A stretch of 64,000 nucleotides of DNA, taken from contig OZ287753.1 of the NCBI GenBank assembly GCA_965649765.1, forward strand, positions 40,486,001-40,550,000, in the 5' to 3' direction. Shown here piece by piece: positions 1 to 64,000 of this stretch. Each line of letters starts with the position of its first letter. Positions within the stretch are counted from its first letter, which is position 1. A model generated the notes under the pieces. It was not told the DNA's origin. It worked only from the letters and a program-made list of their open reading frames with translations, and searched no databases. Source of the stretch: Bispira polyomma (taxonomy: Eukaryota). The position numbers and the translations under genes were made by a program.

Positions 1-2289
1 TTATAATCAATATATAGTATCCTCTCCGCTAGTACATATGTAGCATTATATATTTTACATATATATATTCATGGAACAGTAATTATTATGCCTTATCGTC
101 AGTTTCAAAGTATAGTGTCACCAAGAACTGTTTAACTCTTTCAACCCCTGTGTTGTCATCGGCAAGCAGTCAATGACATTTGTTTCTTCCAGAACCTATG
201 TCTGTTGGCAACCAGTCGGCATCTCAAAAATAATGGTAATATTTTCCCTTAGTTCCTCACAGTAGGAAATTGTTTGTACAGCAGAATCTCCTGTTTAATA
301 AATTATACGTAAGGCCTGTTATTGAATGCCTGGTCTGTGGTGTGTTCTAGTGACTCCAGCTATCTGTAACCTATAACTTGAAAGATTTCCTTCAATTCCT
401 GACAATAGATTTCTATTTGGGTCAAAAGTCTTGATTTAAGGAATAACACATGATAAAACATGGTACATTTGTATACAGTAATTTTTACCACTCTTCGAGA
501 TTATTAAAACTCAGGTGAACCTATTCAAAAGGAGAAATAACAACACTTATTATGTGCAAAAGAAAAAATGTTATGCTATACTATACTGTACATAAATATT
601 GCAATATATCATTTATTTCCTGATGAGTTAAAGATTCTTATCCCTCCTCCCTCAGATTTAATAGGTCCTTATTTATATGCACAACATCATCAATATTAGG
701 CTTTTGATTGTCAACAACATAAGTTTTCATTATAATGAGAATGATCACCTTGCATACCATACTTGTGTTTTATAAATACATAACTGTTGCAAAGACTACA
801 CTAACTTTGTGCTATTACCATTGCTTAAAAGCATGCTTTACTGTGTTTTCTCCTCTACATTTTAAACAATCGAGTAAAAAAATATACATTTGAAAGCCTT
901 AATAAGCAATCCCTGTGTTGCACTGCATTACTTAGAAATTGTCATTTAATTAATTTTACCTGTTCTTACAAATGAGTTTTGAAGAGAGCGACTGTGCAGT
1001 AAGCTCTTATTAGAAGTGGAAATTGGTTTTGTCAGTAAAGATAAATGATAGATGATGTGTATGGCATTATACCTAGGTCTCATTTACACGGATGGCCGTT
1101 ACAAACACACCACAAGCATATCCGTGTAAAACAACAGGAAAACATAAATTTTGGACAGTGAAAACGAGTCCATAAAACCAAATATTTGGACCCTTGAAAT
1201 TTGAATGATAGAGGTTCTACGGTGCCTTACAACCTTAATTATTTTTTTTTTAATTTTCTAATTGGTGTATACAAACTTGTCTTTTTTTTATTAACGTTCT
1301 ATCAAGTAACCTAAATCTTGTTCCCCTAAGGTGTGCAGACAAACAATAGTAAATGTGTTGAAAGTACAAATTTCCTGTAGAATCTCTTCAAAAAGCTAGA
1401 TACGCTCACTTAAGTGCTACATATATGCAAACCTTAGATAAGTCTTGGTAGCCCCCCCCCCCCTCTCCCCTCCCCCCAATGTATATACTATTTTAGTGGG
1501 GTATTAGAATTTACAGCTATTCAGTCTTAAAATAGAGTAATTGTCGGCAATATATGCTGCTGTTCTTTTAGGCTTCACTGGTTCCAATACGAGAACAGGG
1601 CATTTGGGGTTTCATTGGGTTCTGTGGTCTCTACCCAGGTGTATAAATGGATACCTGGCCGCTAATGGGTGTTAGTCTTTGTGCACCGCATGTGGCAGCA
1701 CAGTTAGTATGCTCCCTGATAGAGCTGAGACTTAACAATTGGTTGACAAGTGAAAGAACCCAGACTGGGGTAATAATGTCAAAGTGACTTTGAAAACAGT
1801 GATGTTGAAAGTGCGCTTTATTAAATTGAACAATTATTATTACTATTATTGTTTTTAAATTAGCACTCTAAAATGCTTGCTTTTAATAGTGTTTATAAAA
1901 ACACGAAAGTAAACAAGCCATTTTGATTTTCCAGTTTTCTTTTTTAACATTTTCAACTGTGCTAAATCTACAAATTAAGGAACTTGCAGCAAAAATCTGA
2001 TTGATAAAGGCGTGGCCAGAATTGCACAACCTTTAGTTAAGGTTGATCCCTGAAAACCTTTGGGTTGGAATTATTCAAGGAAACTGGTCACGATTGCAGC
2101 AGATTTTTAGAAGGATAATTGTTGTTTTGCATCTATTTAAATAAAAGGATAGTTGTCTCAATATGGTATTTCAACAGTGAGAGAGTCTGTTACGAAAGAA
2201 TGGGCCATGTTTGAGACAGTTTGGGACTGGGGTTAGTTATAGGGAAATTAACTTATTAAAAATTAACTTCATAAACTGCTTTTGCTTCA

Positions 2290-2600
2290 AAAGCGTCACT
2301 GGCCACTGATTGAGTTCCGTATAAAATTTAATGTAAATGTTCTCATTTTAAAGATTGTCTATGTGCAGCAGCCAGCCTACTTATCATCTACATGACCGCC
2401 TTATGTATGTTGCTTCTCGAATCTGCAATCGTACCAGAGAAAATTTTCTATGCACCTCTGACTTCTAACCTAGCAGGTTCAAAATTATTTAAAGTTGCAG
2501 CACCTGCTGTATGGAATAGTCTCCCTGCCAGTCTTCATACTGTGATAAGGATTATAGGCTTTAGAAAAAAAATCTCAAAACACATCTGTCTGTGTTAACT
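2290..2600 (+). mobile_element. Degraded L2-type LINE 3' fragment
   Basis: F.VAAP..WNSLP in the ORF track. Confidence 0.55.
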
Positions 2601-5600
2601 TGCTTTTACACCTTCACAATCGTCTGCTGGTTACGACTGAAGTCAGATCACAAACGTTTCTTCCTATTGGATTATTCTTCTGCATATTGATTCGCTTGTG
2701 CACCACACAGGATGCCTGGTCATCGTTTGTGTCACTGTAAAAACAACATTAACCTTTATGAAGATTAGGGCTGGTATTTACAAAGATTCTTATAGGCTCA
2801 AATTTTTGTCTCGAGAAATTTGATTGGCTGATAATATTTTCCCAAAGAATCTAGTTGGCTGAGAATGAGAAAATTCCAAAAACAGATTCTTTATTCAAAG
2901 TCACAGTGGGAGATATTGACGGATACATGGAAAAAACAAGAAGTATTACTAAACCTTTTGTCAGAGAGAAGTTTAAAGAACTAGTTGTTGGTTAAGATTG
3001 GAAGAATAGAGTGTGTCATCCGTCATGTTATTAGATGTTTTTGTCTTGAAAATGGGGGTAATTGTAATGTATGAGCAAAAAAAATAAAAAATAGAATTTC
3101 CTGTACATTTACACATTAAGCTAGTACATGCCATAATCTTTGCAGATCTTTGCTTATGCATAAAGATAAGACAAAATATTTATGGTTATATTATTAGCAT
3201 TTTAAATATATATATAGATGTACATATATATATAGACAAGACACTGTCTTTCAGACATTTTTAAAAAACATGAATTCTATTGGTCTAGGAAGAATAGATT
3301 AGATTTACAAAGAACCATAAAGGCTCCCTGGAACTTCTGTAGAATTGTTTAGTAAAGTGTAGTGAACACATAAACACTTGTTTTCTGGCACCTCTGAGTG
3401 GTTGTTGTGGCTCTATATATAAACAGTAAGAAATCAAAAATTTGCCACTGTATTTGAAATTCGCCACCCTCTAAAAATTCAAGCCATTAAATCAATAAAA
3501 ACTATATGAAGTGGAATTTATTAGGTAAGTTAGGTATAATAGTCACAAAAAATCTCAATTTCAGCAAAATATTACCCACAATTCTACTGAAGACACATTA
3601 TTTATCAAGGGTGGCAAATTTCAGATAGAATGGCGAATGTCAGGATTCCTTTGAGTACTCTATCAATATATGACTGTTGTATTAAATAGAACAGGTAGTG
3701 GTCTCTCCTCATTCCCTGGTTCTCTTTCCCTCTGTATTTCAGTAAATCACTTGTATTGTTGTGTCGCTCTGTGAGGGAAGCCAGTTTGACAATAGGCCTC
3801 TTGTACTCACGCAATCTACCCATTTCTCAAAAGCCAGAGTTTCCAATGGCCCCCTTTTTCCAAACCTACAGATCCTCCAAACCACCAGCCTCTATTAAGC
3901 TCTCTGCCTTAAAATTTATTAACTGTCTAATAAGGGTCTGTTTCCTTTAGATTGTCTACTGTTGGTAGGCATATTGTATAAGATGTTCATGATACATATA
4001 ATGTGTGTTTAACGTTTGAAAACACTGACCTTAACATCTCTCGTTCCAACTGTGTTCTTTGATAAGTTAAAAACCAGCTAAGGAGGGCACAGAAAGCCTT
4101 AGCTTTAACTCGGCGTAACATTGAAGAAAATCAAATTTCTTGATATAAAAAGCCAATAGATAGTTACAGCTGTAACTTGCAATAGTCAGGTTAAAATAAT
4201 GATTTGAATAATTAAGGAGTTTGACCTTGGAAAATAGTAACTAGTTTTTGTGGAGGCTCTCTTTATTTTAAGTATTATCTTATCATCTGTCGTACTTATT
4301 TATGATATACAGCACTAACCTCACTTATCTGACCTCCTGTTATCCAAATATTGGATTTTGTGATTTAAGTTTTTACATTGTTTTATACTAAAACGCCTCT
4401 TCTCCTTTTTGAAGTTCTATCATCCAAACAAAATATTCAGATAATAGAGGTTTTACTGTATCTACCCGCGTCTTTGTGGTATTAAAATAATAGTGCCTTT
4501 TGTCTTCAATAGACGGTTTTTTACAATTACGGGGGTCACTGGGTGCATGTGGTGCCTTATATAAGTAAACCTTGCTCCCTTCATATATATATTTGTCAGT
4601 TTGTATTGCAATTAATCTAAATCTTTTCATTGTACAGTAGTTAAATCTTTAATAGTTAATTGTTATAAAACCAGCTGATAAGTTTCTTTGACATTCAACA
4701 TCTGATTCTTTAAAATACAAGATTATGAAATAATTACCAATAATTTTTAATACTAAAGGAAGCTACTAGGTGGCAACCTTTTCCCAGAATATCATAGCAG
4801 ACATGGGCAGTGTTGTCATAAGTTTTGAATCGTAAAAAGACCTCTAAAGCATGAACAACTGCTGTTACATAGAATCTCTATGTTACTTCTATTTTTTACA
4901 GACCTTCTATTATCCAAACAACTTCTCACTCTCCCAAGATTTCCGTAAAATAGAGGTTATACTGTATAAGAATCTACATTGGCTCTACTGTACATGCGAA
5001 TCTATCTCTCCTTCGAAGATCGTAAAAATGAGAATAATTAATGAATAAGTGGTCCCTTTCCTAATTGGGTGAGACATGTGGGCCTTTGCAAGGCTAGATG
5101 TGCCTTGCAGTTTTACCTGCCTTTGACTGACAGCAATTAAAGGTGAGACTGGGGGAAAGCAACGCTTCTGAACCCTTAAAGGAAATGTAGGGTTCCAAGC
5201 ATTAAAGGGTGGATGGTAAGGAAAGGGATAAGGAAAGGTAGAGGTTTTCTGGATATTGTTGAAACTCTCTCTGTAAGTATATATGGGATTTAATAGAATA
5301 TTAATAATGGTGTATGCATTGTATGATTGATAGATATTATTGTTAAGAAAGCATAAAAGACTATATGTATTATTATTAATTTTTTGTTTTTGAACACATT
5401 TTTTATCCAACTTGGAAAATAGTGCAATTTGACTTGAGTTACTTTAGGAAGTAATTGAAAGTGGTTTTAATTTGTTCTTTTTTTTGAGCAACACATTTAA
5501 AATGTATAATTAGACAAATCTTGTTTAGATAATACATAGAAGGTTCGTCAAATAGAAGAAGCCTTCCTGTATAAAACCTTAGGAAAACATATTGTGAAAG

Positions 5601-8600
5601 TATATTCATAAAATTGATAATCGGATAAGACAAGTTTAGATAATATGAGATGCTACTCTATAAATTTGTGAAACAACACAATCTATCTTTTTTAAATCAA
5701 CATACTTTCCATTACTAGTGTGGGACGAACCACAGTGGTACAGTGCTAAGACACTCACCCCCCAGTGACCTCTATGGTCCTGGTGTGAATCTCAGTCAGG
5801 CTTTAAGTGGGAAGTTGGCAGTTACTTGCCGATGGTCAGTGGGTTACAGTATAGAATCTTCACCAACTAGTGTACACTGGTTTCCTCCAACACTCAAAAA
5901 TACAGTAAAGCGATGTTAAACCCCAAATCCAATCATTACCAGGGTGTAGTGACAGTATTTTTAAGTAAATTTATACAATGGTAATATTGGTTTGTAAGAA
6001 AAAATAAACATCTAATAGGTGACAGTAGCCTCAAGCTTGTAGGTCAGCAAGTATTGTTGGTCATTGAGGAGACTTTTTATTACAAGTATGTACACTATGG
6101 AGGCAACAGAAGAGAGTATTCAAATTTGTCAAGGTAATGTATACATTGTCAAGTAATGTACTTTTATGGCTGCAGGCCTTTTAAAACACCTCTTTTGGTG
6201 TTGTTACATTTTACATTTCCTGTATGTGATTTTAAATGTGCATATATTAACATCACAATCTAAGGGTGTAACAACAATATATTGAAAACTCAATATATCC
6301 CAATGTATATTTTTTGCAATATAATATACTGCAATATGAAATGGGAAAGGCAATATGTATTGGCTACATCTTTTTTTTTACATAAAATCTTTAAATATCA
6401 CTAACTTCTTGACTCACCTCTTTGTATTCTATAACCAAAGTGTGAGGATTTAAGACATTTGATGTCAGCAACTGAATCAGAAATGAAGCAATGAATGCAG
6501 TCTATTCTGCATCAATTAATATTACTTTTTATCGTCTTTACAGTTTCTTCCAAACATCACTGATTCCGATTTTTACTGTGCAAGCTTTTGCAGCATGGGC
6601 AGAAACTCATTTGACTTTAAACCAGCTTTGCTTTTTACAAAAGTATTATGATCCAATATATTGAAATACGTAATGTGAATATGAATTAAATATTGCAATA
6701 TATCGCATTATGATTTTCAGTGACAATACGCCCCCCATGCCAAAGTTGTTGTCTACAAAGTATATAATTGTAAGTTTACAAGTGTAATAAATGGCCTGTC
6801 CCACTTTCATGACCTTTTTGCAATTTGTTTCTGCGATTTAATTACACTTGAGATTTTACTTGTAAAGTAGAGGGGCACTCAGAGGTGTTGACACCCCTGC
6901 CAAGGTAACAACATTTATCTTTGGGTAATTTATGCCCAAATTTCCACAAACTTTCAGACAAAATGGCTCAGTAGTTTTTGTCTAATCCTGGTGACAACTA
7001 ACCAACCAAAGGACACAAGTGAATTTGGTTACACACATTATGTCATATTCGTTCCCCTTGGTGGTCATATCGTCATCAACAGGGGTGTGTGTTTCATAAA
7101 CGTTATATAATAATCTTCCCACATCTCAGAGTGGCCGAGGCATGGATGTGTCCATTGCCGTGGGTCGCAGGCTTTTAAAGCAATTTCCAGGCATTATGAC
7201 TAGCACATTAAGACTAGTTGCTGTACCTTTTGCTCTCACCTGGTACCACCCACCATATTGTCTGTGTGAACGAGGGGGGGGGGGGGGGGGCATAAACAAA
7301 GTTTCCCACCTTTGGACTGATATATGGAAAGACTGGCAAGTGTTACTTAGTCTGATCCTTTGGTCAGTAAGAAGTTTAAACAACTTGTGTTTTTCATAAA
7401 TGTTGCATAATCATTTTACGAAAGTTTCTAATCCCATTGATTAAGGCAGTATTTTGTGTTATGTTGGTGAAATGATTATAGAAAGATGCATCAGTGCATC
7501 CGTTAGGGGAGAAAATATATCAGATTGGAGCTTTTGCCACAGATATTTTAAATGGTGTTGACATTTGTCGCACCTTTAGAAAGGTGTCCAGAGTTGAATA
7601 CAGGATACTCACGAGCTTAGAATGGACATAGAAAGAACTGATACTTTTTAGCATGATTTGAAATGAGCTTAAAATGAAGCGGAAACCAGAAAGGCATGAC
7701 CGATGCTTTACTAGACATGGTCTGCTATCCAGAAATGTTGCTTGCCAGTGTGTATATTTTTATACAGAGAAGTATTACACTGTTCATTAACTCCAACAGA
7801 AGTGTATTTCAAGAGTTCTAGTTCAAGCGCTTCACAATCACTGGTCTCTCACCTCTGGGCGGCGTGAGTTCGACTCCTGTCGATGCCTATGTGGGAAAGG
7901 TGGTAGTTCCTTACTGAGGGCCGCTGGTTTCAGTGCAGAACCTTGATTAACTGTATGCAGTGTTTTCTCCATCGTTTCCAACTACCCGTCCCAATATAAC
8001 CTAAACAGGTACTAGAGTGGATGTTAAATATCCCAATTCCAAAAAAAAAAAAAGTTGTAATTCTTGTATAGGCAACATACCTACTATAAATTAACTAAGA
8101 AAATCTATATTATAAATGAATAAGATACCTGACATAGTATTTGTGATCAAATGTCAAGCTTTCAATGTGTACAGCATACATAAACTTTTAACTAAATGAT
8201 TTATCATTACTAAATTATTTTATGATTTTTTAACTTGCTCTAAAACTTTTAGAATAAGTATAAAGCTTAGTTAAATCCCTTTAGGTTAAAGTCTGTTAAC
8301 TCAATCTCCCTGTTATATAGAGAAAACTCGATAGTCCTGCACAGGCATTTTGTTTGGGAAGAAATCCTGCTGAAGTAGAGGAGCTTGTCTTGGTCTCTTA
8401 AGTTCAACTTTAAGGGGTTTTTCAACTGTATGTATCTAAGGTAAGTTTGGGTAATCTAAGCCATCTTCAAGGTAATTTTAAAAAAAAAAGAACTTGCTAA
8501 GCTAACAAAATTAAATCAAACGTTTGGGTACATTGTGCTTTTTTTTTGTTCGGCCATGCCATTTGACATGTTCATCATTCTTTATTGTATATGACACTTT

Positions 8601-11600
8601 GATTTAACATTACATTTTAATAGGACATGTTTTATGTACTGTGTATACATTATATATATATATATATACACATGTTCTACAAACACCAGTTGTTGGTTTG
8701 TCTGATGCTATAAATATGTCAAGTACATTCTAACTCTATTGAATTCAAAATATCACAAAGCACAAACTACAATGCTGGGCAGCATCTGTTTTCTGGTGAT
8801 GGTAGTAGAGTAGTAGATATGTATACACACATAGTTGGTATAATTGGTCTCAGGTTAATGAGGTTAATTATGAACTGCTACTTTTTTTATAGGCCAAACT
8901 CAGAAATGTGATGAAATGCTCTATATATTGCTTTCTATATAGTGTTTGTTATAAACGTCACAGTCTGAAACTGCTTGTCTGAAACTATAGAAGCTACAAT
9001 AAGAAAATTTGTGTGTGTGTGTAATCAAATGAACTACATGTAGGAGTTGAAAGACTACATATATATATCGTTATATTGACATGGATATGAAAGAAATTGC
9101 ATTTAATAAGTATCTAGTATGAACTGTTATAATAAATATTTGTTTGAGGATACAACATCAGACATACTGTAAGTAAATCAAAACAAATTAAAGGTATTTT
9201 TGTGGATATATCAGCAGAGGACATACTTTCAATGAAGAATTTCTCTCACCACTGAATTAGGCCCAAATTTGCGAGATTCTCAAGATATACTTAATTGCAT
9301 CAAATATATATTGTATAAATAAAAATTGTTGCTGGGATAAATTTTAGCTGCAGTAAAACTTCTATTGTCTGGACTCCTTTGGAAAGTGATATAATCTGTT
9401 CAGATAAAAGCATGTTCATATAATAGAAGAGGCATTTTTAGTATAAAACAATAATAAAATATAATAAAGGTATAATATAGATGTTCTCCTTTAACTTCAA
9501 ATTTTCATAGAAATTAACTTTAACAGGCAAAGCAATCTCTCACAGATGCAGCTTAGGATCCTGGAAATTAACAAAATGTTTTACATTTGTGTGACGTATG
9601 TCAGCAAATGTATTATCATGCTAGATGGCCATGGTAACGAGCTGTACACAAGGTAATCTCAGAACTAACAAGGATCTCAGCTTTTATATTTGGCATACAT
9701 ATGGAGGAATCAGGGTATCAGTAACTATTCATTGATAATTTGGTGTTAATACGTACAGCTAGAAATAAGGGAGAAACAGCCATTTTTCTGCCATGTTTCT
9801 GTTTTGGGGATCGTTAAATTTAATTGAGGGGTCCATTTTCTGTTGTCAAGCAAATTAGGTAAATTTACATCATTCTTCCAAGACATCTTCGGTTCCATCA
9901 CAATTTGCCGTCTTCATTGGCACAATTTAAGTCAACAACTTGAGTTTCAGTTTTCAAAATAAACAAATTTAGATGTAAAGCTACAATTTAAAGATGAATA
10001 TGTCCATAAAGAGTATTTAATACACTTTCTGGAACTTTTTACAAAATTAGATTCTGTCCTATACTCAATGAGATGTAAATATTTTAAAATTTAGTTTCAA
10101 ATATATAAAATGGCTTATTATTATTATGCATTTTTAATGCTCTTTATTGATGCTAGGCATCTTCTAAAACTTAACAGCAGAATCAGTGATCCAATTGTGA
10201 CGTCCATTGGCATAGTAAGGTCGTAAGTAAAGATGTGGTGGTGAACATGAGGGAACTAGAGTGGGTAGGCGTTTCACTTTGACAATAGTGTATGTCTTTA
10301 CAAGGTCCAACTAATGAGTACAAGCATCTGCCTAAAATTATAAACCCCAATGACATCAGGCATGTTTTCTTTAAGCTAAAGTTTGTCGCAATTTTCTAGT
10401 GCCTTTTAGCAACTTGTAAAGTATGGTACGGTTCACAATGTTTACTTTTACAGTAGAATTTATAGTGACTTTATTAAGATAAAGATATCTGTGCCATGTT
10501 TTGTGAATTTTTTTAGTTTTTTTTGGGAAAAGGCAGTGATGCATTTTATAATAAGGACCTTTGATTATTATAAGTCAGTTAACAAGGGCACTACACCTTT
10601 CATAAGCCTGATACTGTAATTCATTAAAGCTTCTATGGTCATATTGAACACAGGCAAAGACACTTATCTATGTCAGGAGGTCATTAAATGCTGGCAATTT
10701 CTATATAGAAGAGAAAGACTGACAATTATAATAATGTGTAGCAATTAGAAACTTCCTCCCTAAATAACACAATTATAGTGCAATTGACATGTAATTAATC
10801 TTCGATGGGATGTTTGAGACAATTACAAACCTAGCTGGTGTGGCACTTTGTTCCTATTGATTTAAGTGAATCTGAAAATTTTGGTACATAAAGCACATAC
10901 ATTGTATAAACAATTACAACATGTGTATTCAAGGTTATGAGTTATGAACACTGTTGATTTTATTTTTTCCTTTATCATTTATTACTTTAGATGTTAAGGC
11001 ACCACAATGGAATCAATGTAATAAGTATGAGGTAAACAATATGTGGTAGCACCTAATAATATTAAGCTAACACCTCTCAGTTTGTCTGGGTCAGTTGTTT
11101 CTAACCAAACCATGAAGGCCTTACAAATGGTTTTCGAACAAAAGACAGCGCCCAATAATATTAAGCTGACACCCTCAGTTTGGCCTTTCATATTATTCTC
11201 AACAGGTGGCACTTTCAAACATGGTAGCGCCCTCTTTAGAGTGAAAACAAAATCACGCTATGCCTAATAAAAAGGATTCTAAATTGACTTTGCAGTTTGT
11301 ACTGATCTTGTGAACAATTTAACAGCAAATAAATGACATACCTTTTATACAATTTTATATGGAAAGACATGAGTAGTGATAGAGTGTAATATATATGAGT
11401 TTCATTTGACAAGCCATGCTTTGAACTATTTAGGATGTTATTATCTGATAATTGGAAGTCATATCTATAATTGGAAAAAATGTATTTTCTTTTTTGTTGC
11501 ATAATTTAAGACATTATTATCAATGTGTTACTGTAGTTACAACATCAGCCACTAATACTGTGCAATGTATTAATGTATTTTAAGCACTGTGAGATTAGGA

Positions 11601-12610
11601 TACATCTATAAAATCCAGGGGCTACCGTGCCTCAGCTCCATCAAACTCCTACCACCATGTATAGATGTCCTTATTAATGGGGACATTAACCTAGACATGT
11701 TGCATGTTATGCATGTTTCCATGTAGCGGTAATAAAATTCCAGGGCTGCTATATTTATCAGCTAGGGACCATTATTCTCGAAAGATCTCAAGCTCAACTT
11801 AGATACACGCTAAAATTTATAGTCTCCATATCTCTGGCTTAGGAGTTGAGTTCAGTAAAAATTTGAGTGCATGTCTGAATTTCAGGACTGAGAGCTAGCT
11901 ATTGAATGGATGAATGGTTACAAGTACATGTCATCTCCATATACAAGGACTTCCACAATTCAGTAGTGTTCATTTGAGTTGAGTCTGAGTTTAAGTTTGA
12001 GTTTTCCTTTGTAGAATACAACCCCAGAGGTCTTCAACTCCAAGTAATCTCAACATGTTCCCTTTGTATCTTTGTGTACAAATAAATATATCTACAATTC
12101 TGACTACAAATTGTAGTTTCTCCCTGAAAGCTTTACTACAATATAAATGGTAACACATCTCTAGATTATTCTTATTACTAAGGCAATCCATATACAATCA
12201 GGCCTCTTTAAGTAGAACTCTATCAAGTCAATTTCCTTTTTATATGTAGAGGAAACTCTATGGTCCCATGAGAGGCATTTCTGCTCAAAATCAACCCTGT
12301 TAAGTAAGTAGAAATCCTGCTTAAGTAGAGGTATTTCTTATGGACCATTGAGGTTTAACTTTGAAGGGTTCCACTGTATATGTGGTAATTGAGTTTAAGC
12401 AAAAGTGAAAATTTAAGACATTTGATTACTACGCTACTAAATTTCCTTGCTACTTTGGCTCTGTCTATGGACCATGTTTACGAACTACAGAATTGATTCA
12501 CAGGGCTTAAATGAATTCCTATTGTGAGGAAGATTATAATACAGCACCAGCAAAAATAATAGATTTCATTGAGCACAACCCTATGTTTTACCCTTGTTCT
12601 ATTGTTGTAA

Positions 12611-63087
<50,477 letters not shown>

Positions 63088-63127
63088 ATAACTGTACTTC
63101 TACATATAAAAGCCTGTCCCCTTGTCA

Positions 63128-63133
63128 AATAAA
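63128..63133 (+). terminator. Candidate polyadenylation signal AATAAA
   Basis: AATAAA 41 nt after the stop; the hexamer is common in AT-rich DNA. Confidence 0.35.
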
Positions 63134-64000
63134 AGCCCCCCACCTTTCTCTGATCTTTTCAATCTCAAAAAAGTTCATGTATTTATAAACTGATGTATAC
63201 AAACGCTTATAAAGTTATTATTTCATGTAATCATTTTTTGTAAATATCTTATGCTTACTACCATTTAAATTCTAAGTCAAATACAACTGTGATTTTTGAC
63301 TACTTTTTTGTGTAAAATATTCCCTTTAATGCTTAATAATTGTGAACACTACACCTTGTCAAATTAGACCGCAAATAATGGGACCCTATCGGTAAACCAT
63401 ATGTAGCCCTGTGTGGAGGTATTATCTGGACAATAACAGTACTGAGATTATGTGTTGATACTGTCATGTGGATTCAAATCACCAAGGACATTTATTATAT
63501 ACTTATTAATGTAAACTCTTAAAATAGATTGTGTTTTGTAAAACAATGCTGAATGGTGAAGCTTGTATCTAGTGTCTTGTTTATGTAATTGTCAAAAAAA
63601 ACAAACAAATGTTGTGGTGACTGATATTGTAATTGTTTTCCTACACTTGAATTGTGGTCTTGGAAGAATGGTATATGCAACGGAACTTTTCATACTATGC
63701 CTTCGAATTTAGTTGGTGTATTATTTTGTATTTTGCTTTTTTTTACGTGCCTTATTTACACAAGGCACCTTCTAAAGTGCAACAACAAGATCAATTAACC
63801 AATCGAGAAGTCAAAAAAACATAGGCAGGTCCTAAGGAAGGAGAGTTTTAAGAAGACACTTTTATGGTAGCATTCAGCGCATGGCCCTGTTTGTGTAATC
63901 CAAAAGTATGATCATGTCATGGAAGTGTTTGACTAGTTCAACCAAAGATGATGCAGTTTGTCAATAACTTTGATTTTGTATTATAATCATTAATAATAAT

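Noticed and set aside
7126-7399. Overlapping 85-aa ORFs as a nested gene
   Set aside because: No recognisable domain; poly-G/poly-P arises from a G homopolymer.

Overview
AT-rich eukaryotic genomic DNA, probably molluscan/lophotrochozoan (inferred from the SINE families). It is almost entirely one + strand gene: a class III (kinase-headed) myosin, MYO3A/B/ninaC-like. I can assemble 32 phase-consistent GT-AG coding exons from 12620 to the stop at 63087. They encode the C-terminal half of the STE20-type kinase, the full motor domain, six IQ motifs, a long low-complexity tail and a terminal DFRxxL motif. The first kinase exons lie upstream of the window, so 1-12619 is intron. Introns hold an L2/CR1-type LINE with an open RT frame, tRNA-derived SINEs, Tc1/mariner/pogo-type MITEs and two CAGGG-ended elements with 5-bp TSDs. 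The most unusual feature is that at 9 of the 63 exon-intron junctions the splice junction itself has been tandemly copied into the flanking intron. The extreme case is a ~105-copy 23-bp satellite whose unit carries TACAG|GTAAG. Also notable are a candidate 9-nt microexon in motor loop 2 and a perfect palindrome with 95-bp arms in the last intron.
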